From positions 31,822 through 95,821 of the forward strand of contig JAAPAO010000065.1 of NCBI GenBank assembly GCA_013115145.1: a stretch of 64,000 bases of DNA, read 5' to 3'. The notes under the pieces were generated by a model. It was given only the letters and a program-made list of their open reading frames with translations. It was not told the origin of the DNA and made no database searches. Both the position numbers and the translations under genes were made by a program. The DNA comes from Perkinsus chesapeaki ATCC PRA-425. Lineage: Eukaryota > Protista > Perkinsozoa. Positions within the stretch are counted from its first letter, which is position 1, and each line of letters opens with the position of its first letter. Below are positions 13,210-24,364 of the stretch, piece by piece.

Positions 13210-13452
13210 CTACTTGGCGAGCTTTCCTATGTGAGCTTCTGGAGCATACTTTTTGATAACTCTACGCTCATGTAGCATATCGAACTCCTCCGTAGCATCT
13301 TTGCCAGCGAATAATAAAATAGCCTTCTTTCCACCGGGATGGTCGGGCAAAAACTTGGTCACATCATAAACGTCATCGCCGATAATAACCCAACAGTCTC
13401 CCTCATTGTTATGAGCGGCCACCTCAGCAGCAGTAAAGGACTTCTTTGACAT
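13210..13452 (-). CDS. CYB5: Soluble cytochrome b5 (80 aa, intronless, no membrane anchor)
   Basis: EVAAHNNEGDCWVII, VYDVTKFL, heme ligand motif HPGG, AGKDATEEFDMLH and IGKL. Confidence 0.95.
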   Translation of the reverse strand: MSKKSFTAAEVAAHNNEGDCWVIIGDDVYDVTKFLPDHPGGKKAILLFAGKDATEEFDMLHERRVIKKYAPEAHIGKLAK

Positions 13453-13716
13453 TGAGGATCAAATGAACTTGCTCAAGTAGAGTGAGATTAGTAATGAACG
13501 GCAGTTTAACAGTACTTCACTCGGGAAGGAACGTATTTCAATCTTTCGATCTAGCGCGCGCCATTCTGATCGATTTATTTAATTCGACTGTCATGCCTAA
13601 GTGGGAGCAAGATGGATGCAGATATACTGGTCTTTACTTAGCAGTTTGAACGAGCACCACACATCTAGCGCGCTTTGTCTTATATGCTGATTACGAAGGA
13701 GGAATTTCAGAAACAT

Positions 13717-13823
13717 ATCTTAGGTTAGAGCGTGAATGTTACACCAATGAGATCTTAGGTTAGAGCGTGAATGTTACACCAATGAGATCTTAGGTTAGAG
13801 CGTGAATGTTACACCAATGAGAT
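13717..13823. repeat. 35-bp direct repeat x3
   Basis: atcttaggttagagcgtgaatgttacaccaatgag occurs three times, ending about 45 bp before the beta-adaptin ATG. Confidence 0.9.
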
Positions 13824-13867
13824 GGTATTTCGAAGGCTGTTTTGCTGATAAGGTTGTTGTTTTTATA

Positions 13868-16800
13868 ATGAGTGACGCTCGGTACTTCAGTTCCTCTAAG
13901 AGAGGAGAGATACATGAGCTGAAGGAGGAGCTTAATAGTCCTAATAAAGATAAGAAAAAGGAGGCCATTAAGAAGGTACTCTTAACTAGGACCTTCACAC
14001 TACCAATAGTGACTGTAGGTGATAGCAGCCATGACCGTTGGTAAGGATGTATCGGCACTCTTTCCTGATGTTGTCAATTGTATGCAAACCAACAGTATAG
14101 AGGTTAAAAAACTAGTTTATTTGTAATAGTATTGAACGGCATAGGGGATGAGGTTGGATATAGGTATGTTATCAACTATGCTAAAAGTCAGCCAGAGCTT
14201 GCTATACTGGCTGTTAATACGTTCCGTAAGGACACTATGGACCCTAACCCACTAATAAGGGCTTTGGCTGTAAGGACAATGGGAAGTATCAAGTTAGAGC
14301 AAATGACAGAGTAGTAAAGGGCAGAGGAGAGGGTTGGGTAGTAGCTAGAGGTGTCAGATACTTGCTAGAGCCATTAAGGAGGTGCTGTAAGGATCAGGAC
14401 CCTTACGTACGCTTGGCTTCTCTGGTGCATGGGTAGATAGCCGAATTAGGTGCGGAAAACAGCTGCTATTTGTATAGCAAAGTTCTATGAGATATCTCCT
14501 GATATGGTGGAGGATCAGGGCTTTGTAGCGGTGCTGAAGGACATGCTTAGTGACGCTAACCCTATGGTTGTGTCAAATGCTGGTAGCATCAAGCGGGGTT
14601 AGAAGGGAGGGTCATGTGCTTATTGGTAGTTATTGCATTAACTGAGATGCAGCAGCAGTCTGGCAAGCGTATGATGCCTTTAGATGAGAAGACAGTATCG
14701 AACTTACTGTTGGCACTTAACGAATGTAGGCTACTACTGTGCTTGGGTGGGTGGGGGAGTGGTTGGGTGTTAGGTACTGAATGGGCACAGGTTATTATAT
14801 TGGATACGATAACGATGTTCCAACCGAAGGACAGTAAGCAGGCTAAGGAAATGATAGAGAGAGTATCGGCAAGGTTGAGCCATGTGAACTCAGCAGTGGT
14901 AGTATTCCGGGGTGGTGTAGTGGTGGAGGGCAGCGTTGCTATCGACGAGGTCGTGGGTTCAAATCGTGGCGAGTAGGTTCTATCGGCTATTAAAGTTATA
15001 ATGAAGATGATGGAGAAGTTGAATAATACTGATATGATCCGCGTTATGTGCCGACGCCTATCAGCACCTTTGGTCACATTACTCTCCCAGGAACCTGAAA
15101 TACAGTAATAGCAGGATGGATGCAGCATACTGGGGAAGTATGGTACATGGCAACTCTATATGCGTGCAGTAAGGCTTGTTGATTATCACTATATGAATTT
15201 GTGGGATACTCTACTAGGATAAGACGAGCTTTCGCGTATCTAGGGATCTAGCGGTCATTGATAAGAGCGGTAAAGCGTATCTGAAGTTGGTGTCTTCCTG
15301 AGAACTAGCTGAGACTTTGTCACCACGTATCTTCGAGACAATAAGGATCAGCGATGATCGTATGTATTTGTGTCTAGATACATAGCCTTAAGGAATATAA
15401 GGCTTATTGTACAAAAGAGGCCGATAGTTTTGCAGGGGTAATAAAAAAGGCGGAGCGAAGCTTAGGATTGTTTTTTAGGGAAGTTAAAGTATTCTTTTGT
15501 AAGTATAATGACCCTATTTATGTTAAAATGGAGAAACTTGATGTGATGGGTAGGCAGTATAACTCATACCGCTCTTTACTCTGATCTTAGTGATGCTGGC
15601 AAATGAGCGGAATGTGGATGTAGTCGTTGCTGAGCTAGTAGACTATGCCAATGAAGTTGATTTGGAGTTCGCCTGTAAGGCAGTATCCTCTATAGGTAAT
15701 ATAAGTGGAGTAAAAGGGACTATTAGTAATTCACTATGTAGAAGGGAGGAAGTGTAGCTAACACTTCAGGGAGATAATGTGTGCATGCGTACAGAGCACC
15801 GACTTGTTGTTGTTCTTTCAGGGCGTATAGCACTTAAGCTCGAAGCAGCTGCGGATGTATGTGTGAATGCTATATTAGAGTTGATAGAGCATAGAGCTGA
15901 TTATGTGTTACAGGAATCAGTAGTGGCCATGAGGGATGTATTCAGGTAGTAAAGTGAGGTGGTGCAGGAAGAAGACGCTTCCACTGTGGAGAAATAGTGG
16001 TCTTTTCCGGGGGTAAATTTCCAAAGTGGATGGGTGTTGCTGCGATAGATGGTGTCAAGCTCCTTGGCTTGACGAGAACTGATTTGTGGATGAGTATAAA
16101 ATACGAGAATGGAATCTTGCCGGTGTGATCATCAGGAAGTATCCAGGGAAATACGAGTTTGTAATCGGACCATTATGTGAGAATCTGGAGTCATTGGCGA
16201 AGCCTGAGGCAAAGGAGGCTATGATATGGATATTGGGGGAGTATCCGGATAGGATTGAGAATGCTGGAGAGTTATTATACGTAATAGGGGGATAGGCAGG
16301 CTGCGCTATGAATGTAGAAAGTGTTTGAGCGATACACTGCCGATGGGCCGGACATTTGTGAAGTACCAGTGCGTTACATTACAGTGGATGCTACTCTTAG
16401 TCCCAACGTACAGCTCCTCACCTTGGTGTCTGTGATTTTCAAGTTTCTGGATCAAGTTTCTGTCTGTGGTTCCGTCCGATCTTTACTAGGACTCAGTCAT
16501 AGGAGTCCTAGTAAAAGGTTGCATCTGTGGGAGTTGAACCCGGGTCGTTTGAATGATAATTTGGCACTTTATCCTGTCCGTTGTCAGTCCTTCTTGGATG
16601 GCTTCTTCAGCGAGACCTATGCAGTACAGCAGGAGCTACTCACAGCTGCTATCAAGTTTTTCTTAAAGGATCCTAGTAAAGCCAATCAGGATATCCTATC
16701 TAAGGTAGACATCGGGGGAGGGGTATACCCAATTTGATGGTCGAAAAGGAAAAGATGGTATAGATTTCTAATGTCACTTTGTCGGCATGGTTCTGTTATG

Positions 16801-19059
16801 CTACACGTTGTACATAAGAGTATACTAGTGTGGCTATGAATGTGGTAGTAGTAGTAGGTGGTGGTATTATATCGAGCTGCTGCGTCGTCGTACGTCTGTT
16901 GGTTGTTGCTATTCTTGTCCCCTGTATTATTGTGCAGGTTATTAAAGCCTGTACGGACTCCTCATCCAATCCAGATCTCCGTGATAGAGGGTATATGTAC
17001 TGGAGGATGCTGTCCATGGGGAATCTAGAGAAGTGTAAACAGATTGTAGTTGCACCATTACCGAGGATAACAGACACTTCACTGCTGGTGGAATCGGTAG
17101 GGACAGCTAGAGGTGTCAGAAAAGATGGTGGTGGTGTTCAGAGCTTGCTGGAAGTGTTGCTCAGTACGATAGGTCAGCTATCGTCGATTTACTTTATAGC
17201 GCCTGATGAGCTTATTGAAGGGACAAAGCAGTATGATGAGATGGAGGATTATTATGGGGATCAGAGCAGTATGGAAGAGAGATCTCAGAATGTAGGGGTT
17301 TTCTGACCTCTTTTGAATCTTGCATGCTTCGAGTTAAGATATTTCCTTGTCAGATTAAGGCAGTGAAGGCAGCTATGGCGAGTCCTCGAAGCTATGAGGA
17401 AAGAACTACTGGTAGTGATTCGGACAGTGAGAGCTCGAGCAGCACCAGCAGTAGTGGAAGTGACAGTGAGAGTAATAAAAGAAGATATCTACAGGGGTTG
17501 GGGAAGATTCTTGCGGGGTTGGAAATCGATAAGCTGGTCTTTTTTTATAGGTAGTGACAGTGATGATGATGAGGATGGTGTATCAGGCAATACTAGTAGC
17601 AGTCACCCTCCAGATTTACCTATACAAAGGTTTATGGTACATCCTGACACACAAAAGGGAGGTAGTACTCTATGAAAGTGCGTGTGGTGTGTTAAAGTGT
17701 GTGATATATAGTAGTAGTAAATAATAATAAAAAATATAAATAATATAATATTGAATAGAAAATATATAATTCAAGATATCTTAATGCTAGCACTGGCATT
17801 CAGAGTACAATTAGAACAATTGGCAATGTACTGCTGCTGTGAACTGTGACAATGTAGAACTAAATTACTCGACGACGACGCTACGCTGAATAATATTATG
17901 CCCTGGTATGTTCCTATTCAGGTAACGGTCATACAGGCCTCAAAGTTGCTGGTGGTATAGGATTCGTGAAGGGTGTGGTATGTATGGAGCTGCTGATTGG
18001 CAACTCGGGTAGTGTACCCCTTACTGGCTTTGCGATACAATGCAATAAGAATGCGTTTGGATTGGCGCCTAAGTCGACACAGGTAGGGGAATCGTCACGC
18101 GCCATGAAATTATTGTGTAGATATCGGGAATGCCTGATACACTGCAGCCGGGTTCCAGTGTGAGTGTGAGGGTGCCGTTGGAAGCTAATAAACTCAATTC
18201 GGGAAGCCCACCACCGAATCATCCACCGCTACTGTTACAGGTAAGGAAGGTTGCACTACCGCCGCAGTACATTTATATAATACCTTCCATTTATTTCATC
18301 TCGTAGCTCCAAGAGTGCTTACAATAAAGCTTTCTCGTATTTCTCCTCCTTTGTTGATATTATTATCTTAACCATTCCCATGGTACTCCTAATAAAGCCT
18401 TCTGCTCCTCCTCTTCCTTCTCCTCCTCCTGCCGTATGGTCCCTTCTCTTTCAGACGGCTATCAAGACTAATGTTGATATCTTCTACATGAACATACCTT
18501 ATACACTTTATGTTGTATTTGAGCCTAAGCAGATGATCAACTCGTAATAGCCAGCTTCAATTTCGTGGCGCATTTTCCAATGTCAGCGATCAATTCCTGA
18601 GCCTGTGGCAAAAATGTGGTGCTGATAAGCAAACCAGTCGGATGGCCACACCATCACAGGCACTGAACCCTGAGATGGTCGTGGCGAGGTTGAGGCAAGC
18701 TAACCTGTTCCATGTCAATACGAGGGCATCGAAGGATGGGGTAAGGGAGAGAAGGGAAACAAGGAATGACTGTTAAAGAATATCTCAAGGCGTATCTTCG
18801 TCGTTGTATCTCAGTCCTCAGCAGCATTGTATTTTGGTGCATGCCTCACAAATCGTTTGGTGGTTTTATTGGAGTTGGTGTTGACTAGGACGGTCCCACA
18901 GAAGGTTATGGTTAATGTACGAACCGAGACACCTCCACTGGTAGTAGCATGACCGCGCGCCACGAAATTGTCTCGGGCATTGTTGTTATCGTCGTTTAGG
19001 TTAATCATATGCATTACCTTATCGAGTCACTGTTACAACTTAAACCTGCGCAGCAATAG
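13868..19059 (+). CDS. AP1B1: AP-1/AP-2 adaptor complex beta subunit (multi-exon)
   Basis: [104 protein letters not shown], and appendage [14 protein letters not shown] and [10 protein letters not shown]. Probable last exon [19 protein letters not shown]. Confidence 0.93.
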
Positions 19060-19279
19060 AAATGGGGAATTGTGTCGAGGGGGACACAATGACACAAGTT
19101 TCATTCACAGTTACTTATAAAAATAAATGGTAGTGTTCTGGGCGGGTGAGGCAAGCGTCGGCAGGATAAGGAGCTTCCGATGGCGCCGCCGATGATGTTA
19201 TTAATTCCTGTTGATTGTCATAAAGCTACGGAGGTGTGATGAATGGGGGAATGGTGTTAGTAGTGCCAGTTGTATTGAA

Positions 19280-22200
19280 ATGCCAAAGGCAAGCACCACG
19301 AAGAGTAATAAGCGGACACATGGTGTAGAGGGGATACCTGAGGGGAAGACTAGGGATAAGAAGGCTGTAATAAGGGGGGATAGGGATAGGATTTGGAGGA
19401 AATGTGGTATTAAAAAGTGTTCCTTCGGAGGCACCGGTGACATGCATGGTTCGACATTAGATATGCGAGCGTCGAGTGTCATTGATAGTGCGTGTCGCTG
19501 AATGTTTGTTGATCCTTGCTATGTTAGTTCCAGTCCGAGTTGGAGAAGGAGAAGGTGGAGGAAATAGGCAGACTTGAATTCGAGGACCCTGTTGAGGATG
19601 AGTAATAATAAATAAAGATAGTTAGGGTGACAAGTTGGCTGTGGAAGAAGTGATGATGAAAATTGCTGGGTTCTCAATGTAATCTGAAAGCTGACTGCAT
19701 GAGTGAATATTATGGTATAATTGATGGAGTTGTGGGGCTACTGGAGAGGCGAGCGGGAAAAGTGAAACTTTTCAGAAGTCGTATCTTTGAGATAGTCTGG
19801 AATATTTCGGGAATATATTTTGTGGCGAGTGACGTTTTTGTTAGGTTTGAAAAGGAGGAGATTGTAGATGCTGAGATGGAAGGATCAGGCAACGTTGATG
19901 CTGCTGCTGTCGAGGCTACAGCGGTGTACAGGCCTGGGGTGGATAAGGTGGAGGAAGGTAATATAGGACATGGGTGATAGAGAGAATGGTGTGAGTATTG
20001 TGGAAGGGGGGAGGGGGCATCGGTTGGATTCTGCTGATGGCAACTTTGATGTAGGCTATGCGTCGGGGCAAATCTCATGATCTTTAATTATCCGTCTTGC
20101 TCGTTATAAGGTGAATGTATTAGTGGAACAGATTATAGAAACTGATTAACTGGTAGAAATGGTTGATTAACGCTCAACTCCCCCTAGCACTGTATTCCTG
20201 CAGGTGAGGAGCTTGTCCTTGGCGATCCCACTATGTATACGATGCTGCATAAGGCAGAGGTCGAGTGGCCTTGTTTGTCCTTCGATTCAGTGCAGGATAA
20301 CCTGGGAGCAGTAGGAGGATAATAATTTCGTGGCGCGCGGGAATGGTAGTTGTTCAGTCGCGTAAGAAGTATCCTATGACGTGTTATGTGGTTGCGGGTA
20401 CGCAAGCTGACGAGGCGAAGAATAATAAGATTGTTGTGATGAAGTGGAGCCATATGTACAAGACCAATAGGGATGGAGAGGATGAGGAGGAGGAGATGGA
20501 TGAAGATGACTCTGATGATGAAGGGGTTGATGTAGATGCTAAGATGGACTTTAGGATGATCAAACATGAGAATGGTGGGTGGCACGGGTTCGAACCTAGG
20601 GGGAGGTATTTCTAAATTTTATTATTTCGATGGATTTTTGTATTGAGAAGATTGTTAGATAATGAGATATCATTCTTAGGATGGAAAAGTATGGTAGTCT
20701 ACTCAATAACGTAAGTATAGGAATAATAGGATTAATATTAGACAACTTAGACGCTGTAATGTTATTATCAACTTCTTGGAAGTAAAATGGAAGTACCACC
20801 GAGACCCTCTCGCCCTCTTAGCATCACCTACGTGATCCTCCTGCTCGAAAACATACATGCATCGCATTGGTATATTGATTATTATATTGCACTTCTATCG
20901 CCGCCTTTGTTGATAAGTCTACCTGTATGCCTTATTTGATACTGAACAGTATATTAATATGTTTAGGTTGCGTTAATCGGATACGCATGATGCCCTCTCC
21001 ACCTGGTATGAGTGGTAGTCAGATAGCAGCTACGTGGTGTGAAGATGGGACTGTGTAAGGGGTTGTGGGGGTATAAGGGTATTGGTTTATAGAAGGCAAG
21101 ATGGTAGGCTTATGGTGGAGTAATATAATGTAAGAGATAATATAATGGAACAATAGAGCTCTTAGAGCTTCATACATTCACATACGCAATAATGGTGCTT
21201 GATAGAGTGATGATATTAATGTGCGATAACAACAATAGTTGATGTTAACCTCACTATTATGAGTTATAATCGATATAGGTTATTAGAAATGGTCTCTACT
21301 AGCCTAGTTGGAGGAGGATACCCCTTAGTGTGCATTAGCAATCGACAAGTGTTATGAATAGGTCCATGTGGAACATAGCATCACAGCTAGCATCATTGGA
21401 CGGCCGAGGAGTTGCCGAGACTAAGCCATTATTGTATACTATGAAGAAGCATACTACTGAAGGGTAGGATTATAGGAAAGAGCGGTATGAGATATTGCCT
21501 CTACAGTTACGGTATGGCTTGGAATCCACACTCTATTGGACAGTTTGTATCCGCTGATTGTGATGGAAATATGTAGGTGTAGTGGGCTTAGCGGAGCGAA
21601 GCGATTCTGCTTTACCTGTTTTGGAAATTGCGCCCTCTAGAAACGGGGATTTAAAGATAAGCGAGTTATTGTTAGTGTATTCAAGTCTACAGAGGATTTT
21701 ATCACGAACGGTATATAGTTCGAAATAATAGCCTTTGTAATACCGAGTATATTATAGTGGTATAGGTATTTATGGAACCCTTGTGAAGGCGGTTGGGAGC
21801 AGAGTAAGATGCCTAAGAGCCATCAAGGCAGTATAGAGGATATTATGTGGAAAAAGGCTGGTAAGGTTACTACATAGATCGGACAAAGTTGAGAAAGTTT
21901 GAGAATGGGGGTGCCGACCAAGTTGAATTCAATTAGTCTCGTATTATGAGACTAAGCAAATCTTAATATCATTTAGTAGTAGGAGTATGTAAGTTATTTG
22001 GCTCGGCTTATACGACTTCTGATCTAGAAACCATTCTTTTCCCTCTCTTGTCCTACAGTCCTATAGTAATGGGTTGTGTATAGGTACTGGTGCATCTACT
22101 ACACTGGCCACTTGTGGTGTAGATGGGACTATTAGACTATGGGATATGCAGGGGTTTACTGGCAAGCCAGGTCTGACTATTATGGCACATGATACTGATG

Positions 22201-24009
22201 TTAATGTTATCTCATGGAATCCTGAGGTAAGGTTAAGAGCTTATATTACTTCTAGTAGTAGTAAGATAATTCATTAGCTGAAGTTATCATCCTTAATACA
22301 GTATAGGTTTTAGATTGCCGTAATCAATCTTGAACTTCGCTGCCGATTATGCCCCCATTAGCATGGAGAAATTTGTTCCCTCAATTTTTTTTGCAAATTT
22401 TTTCGCTCAATTTCGCATTTTTTCTGTAAAATTTCATTTTTTTTCTGGAAATTTCCCCATTTTTTTGTAAATTTTCTTATTTTTCCGTAGCCACACAGGC
22501 ATATAGGGTATATTCTTAGATTCTGGTAGTATTGTTATCACTATTTTTCTATCAGGTCGGTGATCTCCTATTATCTGGTGCTGATGATGGTTCCTTTAAA
22601 GTATGGGATGTCCGTAACACTGGTCATGGTCCAATGGCAAACTTTAAATGGCATAGAGATGCTGTTACAGTAAGAGGTGGGAGGTCTTCAGGCTTTTTAA
22701 GGGCGTATGAATATATGACGTAGATTTACCACCGGAAGTAAGTCCAGTAGACATACTTCATTTCGTATTTTCACCTCACCACCGTGTGGCTGGAAATTTA
22801 CCATCCACATGGTCAGTGCTCTTAACTGCTTTGAACGTCCCCAAGAAGCCCCACTATTCCCCTTGACATTTCAATACTGGCATCCACTATCTCTTACGGA
22901 TTACTTGCCATTCTATTACTCTGCTTCACGTTTCTTCCTTGTTATTTTAGTCGGTAGATTGGCACCCCTATGATGAGACTGTATTGGCAGTGGCATCGGC
23001 CGATAATACAGTTAGTTTGTGGGATATGAGTGTTGAAGCTGATGATGATGATAATGAAGGTAAGAAGCAGATGAGGGAATCTATACCATATCGCGCGAAT
23101 ATTATTTCTTCCCATTTTGGAGTAATGTAAATAGCTTTGTCGAACATCTCTAGGGACTCGGCACATTATTTCCTACTCGGAAAGTGTGGGATGTTCAATA
23201 GTCCTTTTCGACATTCCAGAGCGTTCCCCAGGGCGACTCTTATATGTGTCTTCCGTGCCTAGGAGCGCTCTTCAAATCCAGCTCAATTGAAGACACTGTA
23301 TCTTCTGAGATATGGAAATTTCCCGGAAACTCTGATGGATTCCTATGATCTCTCCGCTGCGGAGACTCCGCATTAGTAACATATTTTGATCCCACTTGTG
23401 GTCCACAAGTTGTGGATGACCTTCCGTTTTTACTATACGATGTTGTGCATGAAACTTCACCCTTTTGTGGTTCAACTTATTTGCATTTGCTCGTAGTATG
23501 TTTCTGTATTAGGTGGCGAGCATCTCGAAGGCGAGGAGGACTACCCAGCACAGATGATGTTCTTACATCAAGGACAGACGGGTGTCAAGGAGGTTAAGTT
23601 CCACCCGCAGCTTCCAGGGGTAAGTGGGGGATGAAATGGGGACAATCTTTGTGTGCTGCTTCAACAATGACTCGTAGCAAGCACTATATGAAATGACGAC
23701 AATTACTCATTATGTGATGCTATATAGCATAACATAATAAATAATTGTCGTCACTTTATCTTATAGCTATAAGATAAAGTGACACCAGAAAATCGCCGCG
23801 ACCAGCCTCCTGTAGATTTTATACTGAATCGCATTGTTAAATGCAATCTAGATAGATGATATAGCCTATTGGAATTGAGTTGAATATTGGAGGTTGTTAT
23901 TATTATTATGTTCATACCGTCTTCTGTGTAGCGTATGTGGTGTTATTAGGTACTGGTTACCACAGCTTTGGATGGCTTTAATGTCTTCAAGACCTGCAAC
24001 ATCGACTAG
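19280..24009 (+). CDS. GRWD1: Glutamate-rich WD40 ribosome biogenesis protein GRWD1/RRB1 (multi-exon)
   Basis: MYTMLHKAEVEWPCLSFD, YVVAGTQADEAKNNKIVVMKWS, an acidic tract, AHDTDVNVISWN, SGADDGSFKVWD, VDWHPYDETVLAVASADNTVSLWD, QMMFLHQGQ..VKEVKFHPQLPG and terminal VTTALDGFNVFKTCNID*. Confidence 0.93.
23710..23783. repeat. Pair of adjacent palindromes (28 bp with one mismatch; 34 bp perfect)
   Basis: ttatgtgatgctatatagcataacataa at 23710-23737 and gtcactttatcttatagctataagataaagtgac at 23750-23783, in the last GRWD1 intron. Confidence 0.9.
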
Positions 24010-24364
24010 ATGACGGAGCAGCGGCTGCGGCGGCTGCTGCTCCAGCGGTCTAACGTATAACTTGATATCTTCCATTACCTCACCATCCTCATCCTACCAA
24101 AATCCCAACTGGAATAACGTTTCTTCGCCTATCAATTGAAGTTGCTGTTATAGTCCTCATAATGCGAATTATTTCTTGCCTTGATTTTCATAACACTAAA
24201 ATGCGTCATATTAAACCGACGCAGTAAGTGTGAGTCCCTGAACTTATTGCATACTGTACCTGCGTTTTACCACTCGTATTCCGAATTATGAGAACTAGTT
24301 TTAAGTATTCCTCCAGCCACTCCTCAGATCTTCAGCGTTGCTGCTGTACCAAAGCCTTCTGTGA

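Noticed and set aside
13466-13476. CTTGCTCAAG, a partial SL 3' end near cytochrome b5
   Set aside because: Antisense to the gene and too short to be significant.
13717-13823. 27-38 bp repeat arrays as CRISPR
   Set aside because: Units are directly adjacent with no unique spacers, there are no cas genes, and the context is eukaryotic.
20586-20596. GGTTCGAACC tRNA T-loop-like motif (also ~14957)
   Set aside because: No pairing T-stem or cloverleaf on either strand.
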